From positions 1 through 62,904 of the IMG/VR virus record IMGVR_UViG_3300034168_001612: DNA of 62,904 nucleotides; one strand, given 5' to 3'. The stretch is from a virus. Its lineage: Duplodnaviria; Caudoviricetes. Numbering within the stretch: position 1 is the first letter of the stretch; each line of letters begins with the position of its first letter. Positions 36,620 to 47,186 of this stretch are shown here, one piece after another. The position numbers were made by a program, and so were the translations under genes. The notes below the pieces were generated by a model, which saw only the letters and a program-made list of their open reading frames with translations, was not told where the DNA came from and made no database searches.

Positions 36620-37598
36620 AACTCTAGTTATCGGAGATCCGCACGTTCAGGTATCAAATCTCAAAGATTCTCAGGAATTGATGAATTTTATAATCAAAAC
36701 TGCACTTGAAAGAAAAATTAAAGTCGTAGTGTTACTAGGTGATTTATTTCATACTCATGCTGTTAAAAGAGTTGAAGTCGAGGATTTTTGGTCAAATGCT
36801 TTTCGCAGACTTGACGAAAATGGAATAGCATGCAGGGTTCTTGTTGGTAATCACGATCAGGTAGGGTCAAAAGAAAAAGAGCAAGAAATGAATGCTCTTA
36901 ATATTTTCAATCCAGGCCCTCATGATCTAAGCGAACGAGTAATCATCAATAAGCCGCTGGTCTTGGGCAAAATCGCCTATATGCCATATCACAGTAACGA
37001 GGATGCTTTTCTCAAAGCATGTCAGGATCTTTATGATTTGGGAGCTACAGACCTCCTCGTGGCTCACCAGACATTCACAGGAGCACAGTATGAGAATGGG
37101 TTTTTTAGCGAAGAAGGGATAGATCCAGGTTTAGTACCTCAGAAGCAAATACTTAGTGGTCATATACATAAAAGTCAACAAGTAGGTAAATGCTTCTATC
37201 CCGGAACCCCTAAATGGGACACGATGGCTGATGTTAATCAAGAAAAAGGTATATGGATTTTTACGCATAATCAGCAAACGGGTGAATATGTTGATAAAGA
37301 ATTTATCTCTACCGCAGATATTGTAACTCCAATTATTTCTTATGATATTAAAGAAGGGGATGATTTACCAGAAGTTAACCCTTCCGCTAGGAATTACGTG
37401 ACCTTAGAAGGCAAGACAGCGTGGATTAATAATATTAAATCTAAACTGAAGAATTGCAACATTAAGATAAAGCCTACTGATAGAACTGCAAGCAAAACTA
37501 ACAGCAGTCTATCGATTGATAAGTATTTAGAATCAGAATTCGAGCCTATTGCAGGCATTGAAAAAGACGAACTAAAACAATTTATAATGAGCATATGA
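36612..37598 (+). CDS. SbcD/Mre11 (gp47-like) nuclease
   Basis: GDPH, LGDLF, VGNHD, AHQ, SGHIH, YPG. Confidence 0.88.
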   Translation: MYKTLVIGDPHVQVSNLKDSQELMNFIIKTALERKIKVVVLLGDLFHTHAVKRVEVEDFWSNAFRRLDENGIACRVLVGNHDQVGSKEKEQEMNALNIFNPGPHDLSERVIINKPLVLGKIAYMPYHSNEDAFLKACQDLYDLGATDLLVAHQTFTGAQYENGFFSEEGIDPGLVPQKQILSGHIHKSQQVGKCFYPGTPKWDTMADVNQEKGIWIFTHNQQTGEYVDKEFISTADIVTPIISYDIKEGDDLPEVNPSARNYVTLEGKTAWINNIKSKLKNCNIKIKPTDRTASKTNSSLSIDKYLESEFEPIAGIEKDELKQFIMSI

Positions 37599-37957
37599 AA
37601 AACACATCCAAAAACACTCAGAGCATAGTAGAAGACATGAAAAAAATCACCATACTAACCGGTGAAATTTCTAATGTACACGAAAAAAGCCTCCTAACAT
37701 GGCCATACGTTGTGTTTGACCGGGTCAAAAACGTTGAAATAAAGTATGATCTTAGCAAAACAGCGTACTCAGATCTAGGGTATAATCTAGTCGAATTCTT
37801 TGTAACGGTGGCCGAAGAAGACAGACAAAATATTGACAATTTTGAAAAAAGATGTGACACTTTAAAAGAATGGACAGAGTCGATGCTATGGTCTGGGATA
37901 GAGGTGAGAGTTCATATAAACAAACCCTCAGAATTAGGTGAAAATGGACTTAAGTAA
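37595..37957 (+). CDS. Hypothetical protein
   Basis: Translationally coupled ORF. Confidence 0.6.
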   Translation: MKNTSKNTQSIVEDMKKITILTGEISNVHEKSLLTWPYVVFDRVKNVEIKYDLSKTAYSDLGYNLVEFFVTVAEEDRQNIDNFEKRCDTLKEWTESMLWSGIEVRVHINKPSELGENGLK

Positions 37958-38585
37958 AATTGATAATGACTTTACGGATGATGAAGTAGAAAAGGTTAAT
38001 ACCTATGTATCCAATGGCTCCATTGGGCTAGAAACTATTGTAAAAGACGAACATAAAATGAATTCGCTTTTCGGCCTGTACATGGCTGGGAAAACTTATG
38101 AAGAAATTAGCAAAATATCCAGAGTCAAGAAAGATATCGTCCTTTATTTATCTGCAAAAATGAGATGGTACGAAAAAAGAATGGAATATCTTGAAGATAT
38201 TCAGCGACAAATGACTAAAAAGTTATCCTACACCCGAATAGAAAGTCTTAATTTTATTAGCGATCTAATCAATTGTCATCATAAATACTATGGAGATGAG
38301 ATTAATAGGTATCTACAAACAAATGATAGGACTATTATTGAAAATTTAGATTTAAAATCTTTAACTCAATACTTTAAAAGTATTGAAATATTAGAGAAAA
38401 TTCTAAATCCCACAAATGTGACCAAGGGCGGAGGAAGTGGGACTACTATTAACATAAACGCTATCGGATCTAAAATAGATGCAACTGATGACAGCATTCA
38501 AATTACACCCTCTAATACGGGCGATATTCTGAAAGCATTGGCAAATCTAAAAGATAAAAAGAAAAGTGAAGAGAGTGATAAATAA
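37938..38585 (+). CDS. HTH protein, possible terminase small subunit
   Basis: LYMAGKTYEEISK..W HTH, helical core, TTININ tail. Confidence 0.4.
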   Translation: MKMDLSKIDNDFTDDEVEKVNTYVSNGSIGLETIVKDEHKMNSLFGLYMAGKTYEEISKISRVKKDIVLYLSAKMRWYEKRMEYLEDIQRQMTKKLSYTRIESLNFISDLINCHHKYYGDEINRYLQTNDRTIIENLDLKSLTQYFKSIEILEKILNPTNVTKGGGSGTTININAIGSKIDATDDSIQITPSNTGDILKALANLKDKKKSEESDK

Positions 38586-38628
38586 GTATGATAATATACT
38601 CGTACAGCTATTTTTCAAAGGAGAAAAA

Positions 38629-39606
38629 ATGAGAATGTTTCTAGCTATGCTGTTATTTGTTTTGTTTGTACCAACGACCCAAGCTAAAGAGATCGTCCTT
38701 ACTCAGGATAACTCCGTAGTATTGAATGGAGAAGTATCGGGTAGGTCTGTTTCTAAATTGATTGGTGAGATCAAAAAATTAGATGCCGAATTAAAAAATG
38801 GGTATCCAATTTATCTGTTTCTAAACACTCCCGGAGGAAGTATTCAGGCGGGGTTAGAATTATTTGAATTTGTTAAAGGTGTAAACAGACCTGTTCACAC
38901 AATCACATTGTTCGCAGCATCAATGGGGTTTCAGACAGTTCAACACTTCGGTACACGATATATCTTAGAATACGGTGTCCTAATGAGCCATAAGGCTTCT
39001 GGTGGATTTCAAGGAGAGTTTGGCGGGGAATCCAGCCAGATCGATTCCCAATACGGACTATGGCTACGAAGACTGAAGATGATGGATCAAAAAACCGTCG
39101 AACGCACAAAAGGCAAAAAGACTCTCCAGAAATACCAAGCAGAATACGATAACGAACTGTGGCTTAATGGTGAAGAAGCTGTTAAAAATGGTTATGCTGA
39201 TGAGGTAGTGACTGTAAAATGTTCTGCAGGACTGCAAGGGGAAAAAGAAGAACAAGTAAATTTCATGGGAATGAGATTTGTTGTAAAGTTTGACAAATGC
39301 CCTATCAGAACTGGTCCTGTTTCTGTTGCCGCTTCCGTAAGAACAAACAAAGGTCTTATGACTCTTGATGATTTTGTGACCAAGGGTGGAAATTTTGATA
39401 CTGATAATTGTCAAAGAAATGCTCAAGTTCAGCAGTATGGGTGGTCAAATCAAGTAACAGCTCCTGTTGAATCAGAGATTTGTGCTCTTGATAAAGGATT
39501 GAGTATTGAAAAGGTTGAACAAGCTATCCAAGAATACAGAACTAAAACCTTGACAAAAAACAAAAAAGTTATTAAGATGAGTTTTGGAAACTTTGTTTCG
39601 GAATAA
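38629..39606 (+). CDS. ClpP-family protease with an N-terminal signal peptide
   Basis: AAGGAG RBS; MRMFLAMLLFVLFVPTTQA|KE; LFLNTPGGS, AASMG, MSH, ELWL..EAV..GYAD. Confidence 0.8.
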   Translation: MRMFLAMLLFVLFVPTTQAKEIVLTQDNSVVLNGEVSGRSVSKLIGEIKKLDAELKNGYPIYLFLNTPGGSIQAGLELFEFVKGVNRPVHTITLFAASMGFQTVQHFGTRYILEYGVLMSHKASGGFQGEFGGESSQIDSQYGLWLRRLKMMDQKTVERTKGKKTLQKYQAEYDNELWLNGEEAVKNGYADEVVTVKCSAGLQGEKEEQVNFMGMRFVVKFDKCPIRTGPVSVAASVRTNKGLMTLDDFVTKGGNFDTDNCQRNAQVQQYGWSNQVTAPVESEICALDKGLSIEKVEQAIQEYRTKTLTKNKKVIKMSFGNFVSE

Positions 39607-39608
39607 AT

Positions 39609-39884
39609 ATGCCAAGAATACTGTATCTATGTTCAAAATGTAACTGTGAATCTAAAAAGTTTTACAGATCCTCTGGAGGCATTTTGAATAAAATAAGTTG
39701 TGAATGCGGGGGAGAGTTGCTAAGGCAGCTCTCTTCTCCTAATCAGCGTAGTAAGATTATTGTTGACAATGGTGTACAATCAAAAGCAGTCGAAATTGAT
39801 AGAGAAATAGTAGAGATTATTGAAGATAGAGAAAAAGCAGATCTCAAAAAACGAGGAGATTCTGTAATAGAGGAATTAAAATAG
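39609..39884 (+). CDS. FmdB-like zinc-ribbon protein
   Basis: MP..YLCSKC..CECGG.L.R.LS. Confidence 0.7.
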   Translation: MPRILYLCSKCNCESKKFYRSSGGILNKISCECGGELLRQLSSPNQRSKIIVDNGVQSKAVEIDREIVEIIEDREKADLKKRGDSVIEELK

Positions 39885-41929
39885 TGCTTAAATTAAAGAA
39901 ATACTCTTTTTCAGGCATCGGAAGATTCGTCGAAAAGCAAACAATAGATCTAGAATCTAGAAGCCATCTAATTCAAATTGATGGCTACAATACAAATACC
40001 GGAGGTTCTTCTGGTGCAGGAAAATCCACAACAGTAGAAGCCTTGGCCTTTCTTTTAGGTATTAGCGAGATACCAGCTACTCAACTCCAGTCTAGGATTA
40101 CAGACGACCCTGCCTGGGTGCAAGGGGAGTTTGAAGAAGGCATAACAATCACAAGATCCAAGAAAGATGGACTTACTATACAGACACCCGATGGGACAGT
40201 TTCTGGCAATAGTAAACTGGCTGAGGAAAAATTAGACGAAATTATCGGAGTAAATAGAGAGCTTCTTAAGACAATGTGCTATAAGAGACAGAAGCAAGGA
40301 GGATTTTTTTTAAACCTCACTCCTAAGCAATCCTATGATTTCTTAATGCAATGTCTTGATCTTAGAGAATTCCAAAATAAAATACTTAAATTAGATGACG
40401 TAGTAAAAAATAAATATAAGCCTAAAAAAATAGAACTAGAGAGCAGTATTAAGACTTTGAATGATGGTACTGACCAATTGCGCTCTTTGCTATTTCAAAA
40501 AACCCCTCCCCAGAAAGAAGAGCAGGATGACTCGTCTTTAAAAACAAATATACAAGATCTCAAGATAAGGGTAGAAGCCTTAAAAGAAGAGCGAGATCAG
40601 TTGATAGACGAAGCTGGAAGTAAGCCTGAATTTGTTTCCATGTCTTTTGAAAAAGATCAACAATTAACCGATATAAATAATCAAATTTCTGAACTAAAAA
40701 TTATCATAAACAACAATATCAGTAATAAAAACATAGAGATACAACAAGCATCTTCTGCTATTTTTAAGATTAGAGAGCACGTAAAAGAACTCAATCAACT
40801 TAAAAACAAAGCTATAGAACTAGATTCTTTTGTACAAACACTTTGTGATGAGTTTAAACATCTAGAAGCTGGTAACTGCCCCACCTGCCTTAGGCTCTGG
40901 GAAACAGAAGAAAATGCACAAAAAATGCAACATGTGGCTAGTCAGATAGAGTCTAACAAGAAGACTGTTGAAGAATATTTAAAAGAAGTTCAAAAAATAC
41001 CCCATTATAAAATGATGGAAAAAAAAGCAGAGGAATTGTTACAAAACAGAACCGACCGTGCCGTTAATGTTTTGGAAGAAAAAGATCTTACTGAAATTCA
41101 AGAAAATCAAAGAACTTTAATGAATGAAAAAGAAAACACAAAAAATGCAGTCAACCAAGACCATCTTAAAAGTGTGAACGAATGGAACTATAAGATTTTT
41201 AATATAAATCAAAAATACCATAACGAGTCTTCAGGGCTTGAGACTCAGATCAACCATCTTCGGCACGAGACTGAAAAGATTCAATTAAAAAAGAATAATT
41301 ATATCCAAGCCCTTGAAATCTATGAAAAAGACTGTAAAAATATAAAAGATAAAATTTCTTTGAATTCGGATGAGTTACTAAGACAATCAGGGGAATTAAA
41401 AATACTTGAAAAAAATACTCTATTATCTGAAGAATCTATTCGTTTAATTAAGAATTTTACTTTACAAAAGTTCCAAGATACGCTAAACTACATTGGACAC
41501 AGAGCTACTGAAATTATCAACTCAGTCCCTAATATGGCAAATGCTGTTATCTTTTTTGAAAATAGCAAAGAAACCAAATCAGGAAGCATTAAGAATGAGG
41601 TAAACGCTATTATTAATCTAGAAGGCGATAGTGCTGTTCCAATTAAGACTCTATCTGGGGGAGAACGTACTTCGGCTGATTTTGCGATTGATTTAGCTGT
41701 AGGTGAGATGATAGAAAATATGACCCAAAAAGGCGTTAACTTTTTTATTATAGATGAAGGATTTGATGGATTAGATTCCATATCAAAGATCCAGTGTCTG
41801 GAGATATTGAAAAGCTTAAATACTGACAAAAAAATACTAATGGTTGACCATTCGTCCGAGGTCAAAGAAATGGTATATGATACTATAATTGTAAAAAGAA
41901 TGGGCGAAAAGAGTTTTATTCATGAGTAA
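39884..41929 (+). CDS. SbcC/Rad50 (gp46-like) ATPase
   Basis: GAGKST, CPTC hook, LSGGE, IDEGFDGLD, VDH. Confidence 0.92.
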   Translation: MLKLKKYSFSGIGRFVEKQTIDLESRSHLIQIDGYNTNTGGSSGAGKSTTVEALAFLLGISEIPATQLQSRITDDPAWVQGEFEEGITITRSKKDGLTIQTPDGTVSGNSKLAEEKLDEIIGVNRELLKTMCYKRQKQGGFFLNLTPKQSYDFLMQCLDLREFQNKILKLDDVVKNKYKPKKIELESSIKTLNDGTDQLRSLLFQKTPPQKEEQDDSSLKTNIQDLKIRVEALKEERDQLIDEAGSKPEFVSMSFEKDQQLTDINNQISELKIIINNNISNKNIEIQQASSAIFKIREHVKELNQLKNKAIELDSFVQTLCDEFKHLEAGNCPTCLRLWETEENAQKMQHVASQIESNKKTVEEYLKEVQKIPHYKMMEKKAEELLQNRTDRAVNVLEEKDLTEIQENQRTLMNEKENTKNAVNQDHLKSVNEWNYKIFNINQKYHNESSGLETQINHLRHETEKIQLKKNNYIQALEIYEKDCKNIKDKISLNSDELLRQSGELKILEKNTLLSEESIRLIKNFTLQKFQDTLNYIGHRATEIINSVPNMANAVIFFENSKETKSGSIKNEVNAIINLEGDSAVPIKTLSGGERTSADFAIDLAVGEMIENMTQKGVNFFIIDEGFDGLDSISKIQCLEILKSLNTDKKILMVDHSSEVKEMVYDTIIVKRMGEKSFIHE

Positions 41930-42275
41930 ATTAAAAGAACAATTAGAAGTGGACATGCTTAGGTTTCTAGAAAATATAGAAACTCAGAATGCTTCTGATA
42001 AAATCCAAACACTTAGACAGCTATTTGATAAGTATATACACTTAAGTCAAGCAGAACTGTTATTGGATTCCCATGATTTAACTGTTATTATAAATGATGC
42101 TAAAAATAGGTTTGCAACACAATCTATGCCAGTGCACCTAGGTCCGAACAGGAGACCGGTTGGAGCTATGGATTTACCTAATTTCTGTGTGATAGAGGCT
42201 ACTGTAGGGCATTTAAATAAAAAAGATTGCCTTAAAAAAATGGCTAAATTTGATAAAAGAGAAGATAAACTATAG
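41922..42275 (+). CDS. Hypothetical protein
   Basis: Coupled ORF. Confidence 0.6.
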   Translation: MSKLKEQLEVDMLRFLENIETQNASDKIQTLRQLFDKYIHLSQAELLLDSHDLTVIINDAKNRFATQSMPVHLGPNRRPVGAMDLPNFCVIEATVGHLNKKDCLKKMAKFDKREDKL

Positions 42276-42282
42276 GAGGGTT

Positions 42283-42783
42283 ATGTCTAAAAAAACTATT
42301 GATGAGATTGTTGAAGAAAAACTACCAACATTCGCAAATATGATCAAGGATATGAAGAACAGGCAAGAGCTTGAAGGAAGTCTTATTATCTACCTCAGAG
42401 AAAAAGAGGGACTAGTTATCCAGAAAACTCGGGATGAAGAGCTGGTTAAACTAAAAGAAAGAAAGACAAAACTATCCAAACCGTACAATCAGACCATCAG
42501 CGCTTTAAAAAACATGATGGAGTGCATCTATAAGTTTGGTCATAAATTTGAAGCGGATCTTAAGCAAGAGTTTGAAAAGAACCTTGTAGCCTATGCTAGA
42601 CAGCTTTCTGACATCAAAAGACAGAAAGATGAGGATACAGAGCTTACGGCTATTGGTGAAATGATAAAAGAAATTAACGAGGATTATGACCCCACAATCA
42701 AAGCACTAGAAATGAAATGTGAATATGTTTCTTTTATCTTAAAGGAAAGGTTTAACATAGATGCCCCGAAAGTCGAAATCTAA
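42283..42783 (+). CDS. Coiled-coil protein with an internal duplication
   Basis: GGAGG RBS; DEELVKL..PYNQTISALKNMMECI versus DTELTAI..DYDPTIKALEMKCEYV. Confidence 0.6.
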   Translation: MSKKTIDEIVEEKLPTFANMIKDMKNRQELEGSLIIYLREKEGLVIQKTRDEELVKLKERKTKLSKPYNQTISALKNMMECIYKFGHKFEADLKQEFEKNLVAYARQLSDIKRQKDEDTELTAIGEMIKEINEDYDPTIKALEMKCEYVSFILKERFNIDAPKVEI

Positions 42784-43354
42784 TAAAAAAGATGAATTAA
42801 AACCACCCACGCCTGATATCGTAAAAAAAAGGCTAATTAAGGGTGGTATTCGTCGTGTATTCAGGCAGTCAATAGAGATGAGAGTTGTTTTACAATCCTC
42901 TAGGGTAGAACTGTCTCCTAAGACACTCAAAGACGGCTCAATCGGTAAGAAGAATCAAATAAGATACAAGTGCGCAATATGCGGTGAGTTATTCTCTCAA
43001 CAAGATGTTGCAGTAGATCATATCGATCCTGTGATACCTTTGCATAGATCGGAAGAAGAGCTAACGATTGATGAAATGGCTTATAGAATATGGTGCGATA
43101 TAAGCAATTTGCAGGTTATTTGTAACACCACTCTAAAGAGAAGTCAAGGAGTTCCTAGCTGCCATAAGATAAAAACTGATGAAGAAAACTTTATCAGAAA
43201 AAAACTTAAGGAAGAAAAATGGGACGGCCAACTGTCTCGTATGCTTGAGCTAAAACAAGAATACAAACTATATTTAGAAGAAAAAGAAAAAGAAAGACTG
43301 GAAAAACAAAAACGAAAAGCTGAAAAAGAAGCGAAACGCAAGGTAAAAAAATGA
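42761..43354 (+). CDS. HNH endonuclease
   Basis: YKCAIC..VDHIDPV..NLQVIC..CHKIKT. Confidence 0.85.
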   Translation: MPRKSKSNKKDELKPPTPDIVKKRLIKGGIRRVFRQSIEMRVVLQSSRVELSPKTLKDGSIGKKNQIRYKCAICGELFSQQDVAVDHIDPVIPLHRSEEELTIDEMAYRIWCDISNLQVICNTTLKRSQGVPSCHKIKTDEENFIRKKLKEEKWDGQLSRMLELKQEYKLYLEEKEKERLEKQKRKAEKEAKRKVKK

Positions 43355-43593
43355 ACAATAAAACAATCACCCATGAGCAAGCTTCTAAAAGAATCAAAGA
43401 GCTAGAGGTCAAGCAAAGAGTTTTAAAAGCTTTTAGAAATCATTCTTTTAAATTTCAAAAAATTAGCGATGCCACCGATTATCAATTATACATATTCCAA
43501 AATAAAAAAGAAATAAATATGCTGCTAAGTATCATCTACTGGCATAAAAAAGCTAAAAAAATATTTGCTGATTTAAAGAAAATAAAACCATGA
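43351..43593 (+). CDS. Hypothetical protein
   Basis: Coupled ORF. Confidence 0.5.
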   Translation: MNNKTITHEQASKRIKELEVKQRVLKAFRNHSFKFQKISDATDYQLYIFQNKKEINMLLSIIYWHKKAKKIFADLKKIKP

Positions 43594-44393
43594 AAGAAGA
43601 TGAAATAGTTAAAAAAATTAAAGATATTCAAAAAGATTACAAAGCAGAGCTGGAAGACAGCCCTGAAGAGGATCGTTTGTCTTTTCTTGACCGGATTAAC
43701 GATTTAATCAGGTCAATTTTTAACGATTCCTCCATGACTGTCTATGATGTGTTTAGTAAGGATGAACTAGAAAAATGGAAAAGTAAAAGATTTTCTAGAA
43801 AAATAAAAAACTTATTTCTTAATAATTATAAGAACACTTTTTACTTCCTGCTCCTGGTTACGATCACGGGCTTCCTTGTCAGCGAAGCTCTGGAATTTTA
43901 TGGAATAAACGGAACAATAGATACTAAAACATACATTAAAGCAGTCCTTACGGAAGTCTGTTTTATCTTTCTTTCTGGGTATAGATCTGATAATAAAATT
44001 CAAGAAATTGCAACCAATGTGCTGCGAGTAGGTATTTTTTGTTTAATGATATTTGTTATTACTTCCAAAACGTTCATGGACAGTACTAAAAATTCTAGTA
44101 ATACGAATGCTATTCAAGAACAAGTCACAATCATAGAACAGCAAATAAAAGAAAAAGAAAAAGATATTGAGTATTATCGGGATGTTAAGCAGTGGCCAAA
44201 TACTGCGAGACAACTCATAAAAGAAAAAGACGAACTCGTAAAGAAAATAATTGATTTAAAAGAAAAGCAAGCCGCCGGAGCAACTGTAGAAGTTTCGGAT
44301 CTTATAAGGTATAAAGCGTACGGAAATGCTTTTTTTCGTGTTCTACTACTGTTCATATCTATTTTAATCACAAGACGACTTTTTTCTTTCTAA
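43590..44393 (+). CDS. Multi-TM membrane protein with a coiled coil
   Basis: About four hydrophobic segments. Confidence 0.65.
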   Translation: MKEDEIVKKIKDIQKDYKAELEDSPEEDRLSFLDRINDLIRSIFNDSSMTVYDVFSKDELEKWKSKRFSRKIKNLFLNNYKNTFYFLLLVTITGFLVSEALEFYGINGTIDTKTYIKAVLTEVCFIFLSGYRSDNKIQEIATNVLRVGIFCLMIFVITSKTFMDSTKNSSNTNAIQEQVTIIEQQIKEKEKDIEYYRDVKQWPNTARQLIKEKDELVKKIIDLKEKQAAGATVEVSDLIRYKAYGNAFFRVLLLFISILITRRLFSF

Positions 44394-44406
44394 ACCTTTC
44401 AAAAAA

Positions 44407-44415
44407 TGATATTAT
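44407..44415 (+). promoter_or_regulatory. Extended -10 promoter TGATATTAT
   Basis: Recurrent motif before the nrdB RBS. Confidence 0.5.
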
Positions 44416-44433
44416 ATCTATGAAAGGAGTACT

Positions 44434-45405
44434 ATGTCATTATTAAATCCCAGAGTTTTTTACAAGCCTTTTGAATACCCTCGTGCTTACGAGTATTTTG
44501 AAAAACAACAAAATGCCCACTGGTTGCCCAGTGAGGTTGCGATGTCTAAAGACATCAATGATTGGACCCATAAGCTTACAGAGTCCGAAAGACTCGTGAT
44601 TGGGCAAATTCTAAAATCATTTACTCAAACCGAAATCAGTGTTAATGAATACTGGGGAAGGAAGATAACTAAATGGTTCCAAAAGCCCGAGATTTGCATG
44701 ATGGCTTCGGCATTTAGTTCAATGGAAAGCGTCCATACCGTGGGTTATTCTTATCTGAATGACAGTCTGGGGTTGGATGATTATTCTGCTTTTTTACAAG
44801 ATCCTACGGCGGTTGCTAAATTAGATGCATTGAAAAATGTAAAAGGCAAAAGCAAACAGGATATAGCCCGGTCTTTGGCTATATTTAGTGGGTTTACAGA
44901 AGGTGTGAACTTATTTAGTTCTTTTGCCATTCTGATGAACTTTTCTAGATTCAATCTGTTAGAGGGAGTAGAAACTATCGTAAGCTGGTCGGTTCGGGAT
45001 GAGTCACTGCACTCTGAGGCGGGATGTTGGTTGTTTAGAACTTTTATTGAAGAAAACCCAGAGATATGGACTGACGAACTTAAAAAAGATATCTACGATG
45101 CAGCCAGACTCTCGGTTAAATTAGAAGATGACTTCATTGATAATGCTTTTTCCTTGGGTAAAGTAAGAGGTCTCGATCCAGTTGATCTTAAAAATTTTAT
45201 CAGAATGAGAGCTAATGCAAAATTGAATGACCTAAACCTTGCAACTAATTGGAAAAATATTGATCAGGACTCTCTTAAAAGAATGGCTTGGTTCGACGAA
45301 CTAAGTGGCGGTACAAAGTTTGCAGACTTCTTCGCCGGAAAAGTTACGGATTACAGTCGCTGTAATTTTACAATCGATAATTTATTTGAAGAAGAGGACA
45401 AATAG
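44434..45405 (+). CDS. nrdB: Ribonucleotide reductase class Ia, beta subunit
   Basis: KPFEYP, HWLPSEV, ESVH..Y, EGVNLFSSF, RDESLH, DFF..VTDY. Confidence 0.95.
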   Translation: MSLLNPRVFYKPFEYPRAYEYFEKQQNAHWLPSEVAMSKDINDWTHKLTESERLVIGQILKSFTQTEISVNEYWGRKITKWFQKPEICMMASAFSSMESVHTVGYSYLNDSLGLDDYSAFLQDPTAVAKLDALKNVKGKSKQDIARSLAIFSGFTEGVNLFSSFAILMNFSRFNLLEGVETIVSWSVRDESLHSEAGCWLFRTFIEENPEIWTDELKKDIYDAARLSVKLEDDFIDNAFSLGKVRGLDPVDLKNFIRMRANAKLNDLNLATNWKNIDQDSLKRMAWFDELSGGTKFADFFAGKVTDYSRCNFTIDNLFEEEDK

Positions 45406-47156
45406 TGGAATTAGATAAAGAATTACAAAATCTAAAACAGACAGGCGAAGCTCCGGAATGGATGACTTCTGCCGGTTATATTACAATTTCAAAAGGCTAC
45501 AGACTTAAGGGTGAAACACCAAAAGGAATGTACCAGCGAGTTGCTTCAAGTGCTGCTGAATTCTTATACCAGAATACCGATAAAGTATTAGATTTTACCA
45601 AAAGCCAGATGGCTGATATTTTTTCCCAAGCAATGTGGAAAAACTGGCTATGCCCAGCTAGTCCTGTTTTATCAAATTGTGGAACTGACAGAGGGCTTCC
45701 TATAAGCTGTTATGGCAATGATGTTGGGGATTCTGTGCAACGAATCATGGAATGTGCAGCCGAGCTTGCCATGCTATCCAAGAATTCTGGTGGTGTAGGA
45801 ATGAACTGGAGCAGGATCAGACCACGAGGTACTCCGATCAAAGGGGGGGCTAATGGGACTTCTGAAGGCATTATTCCTTTTGCTAAAATTTACGATTCAA
45901 CGATCATAGGTATTTCTCAAGGATCTACTCGTCGAGGAGCCGCTTCTGGTAATCTAAATATTGAGCATGGTGATTGGCATGAATTTGTCCGTATGCGCAG
46001 GCCTGAAGGAGATACCAACCGTCAATGCGGGAATCTTCATCACTGTACGGTTATTAATGATGATTTTATGCAAAAAGTAGTAGATGGCGACTATGTTGCT
46101 AGGGCTAAATGGGCAGAGCTTATGAAGGCTCGTATGGAGACTGGTGAACCTTATATAATGTTCAAAGATAACGTCAATAAAACAAATCCTGAAGGGTATA
46201 AAAAACTTGGGCTAAAAGTTGATATGACAAATATATGTAGCGAAATCACTCTTTTTACGGATGATGACCACAGTTTTATTTGTTGTCTGGCCTCCCTCAA
46301 TCTGGTTAACTATGATGAATGGAAAACAGAAAAAATTAATGACTTATCTCTTCCTCAGATTGCGACAATTTTCTTAAACGGTGTACTGAATGAATTTATT
46401 AGCAAGGCTCAATCAGTATACGGCCTTGATAAAGTAGTAAGACACGCCACTAAAGGAAGGGCTATTGGAATAGGGGTTTTAGGATGGCACACTCTTCTAC
46501 AAGCCAAAAGCCTTCCCTTTGAATCATTTCCAACAATGATGCTGAATGGTGAGATTTTTAATTTCATACACAAAGAAGCCGTACAGGCATCGAAGGGTAT
46601 GGCCCAGGTTTTTGGAGAGCCGGAGTGGTGTAAAGATACAGGGATGTACAATTCTCATTTAATAGCAATTGCTCCTACTAGATCGAATTCGATTATTTCA
46701 GGGGATGTGTCTCCAGGTATTGAACCAATAATTGCCAACGCTTATGTTGATAAAACAGCTAAGGGAACTTTTATTAGGAAGAATCCATATCTTATGGTAC
46801 TATTAGAAAAATATGGTAAAAATGATGACAAGATCTGGAAAGATATTGCTAGAAAAAATGGATCGGTACAGCATTTTGAATTTCTTTCTGAGAATGAAAG
46901 AAATGTATTCAAGACAGCTTATGAGATTAATCAGATGGCAATAATTACACAAGCATCTCAAAGACAGCAATTTGTATGCCAATCTCAGAGTCTGAATTTG
47001 TTTTTTCCAGTAGAAGTAAAGCCTAGTTATTTCAACAAGGTGCATATGGAAGCATGGAAGATGGGCATTAAGACTCTTTACTATTGTCGATCTAAATCAG
47101 GCATCCAAGCAGATGTTGCCAACAGGGATGAAGGATGTCTTTCCTGTGAGTCGTAG
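45405..47156 (+). CDS. nrdA: Ribonucleotide reductase class Ia, alpha subunit
   Basis: ISCY, QGSTRRG, NICSEI, CCLAS, IAPT, KTLYY, CLSC. Confidence 0.95.
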   Translation: MELDKELQNLKQTGEAPEWMTSAGYITISKGYRLKGETPKGMYQRVASSAAEFLYQNTDKVLDFTKSQMADIFSQAMWKNWLCPASPVLSNCGTDRGLPISCYGNDVGDSVQRIMECAAELAMLSKNSGGVGMNWSRIRPRGTPIKGGANGTSEGIIPFAKIYDSTIIGISQGSTRRGAASGNLNIEHGDWHEFVRMRRPEGDTNRQCGNLHHCTVINDDFMQKVVDGDYVARAKWAELMKARMETGEPYIMFKDNVNKTNPEGYKKLGLKVDMTNICSEITLFTDDDHSFICCLASLNLVNYDEWKTEKINDLSLPQIATIFLNGVLNEFISKAQSVYGLDKVVRHATKGRAIGIGVLGWHTLLQAKSLPFESFPTMMLNGEIFNFIHKEAVQASKGMAQVFGEPEWCKDTGMYNSHLIAIAPTRSNSIISGDVSPGIEPIIANAYVDKTAKGTFIRKNPYLMVLLEKYGKNDDKIWKDIARKNGSVQHFEFLSENERNVFKTAYEINQMAIITQASQRQQFVCQSQSLNLFFPVEVKPSYFNKVHMEAWKMGIKTLYYCRSKSGIQADVANRDEGCLSCES

Positions 47157-47159
47157 TTG

Positions 47160-47168
47160 TGATATTAT
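47160..47168 (+). promoter_or_regulatory. Extended -10 promoter TGATATTAT
   Basis: Recurrent motif. Confidence 0.5.
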
Positions 47169-47186
47169 ATATCCAAAGAGGTTTAT

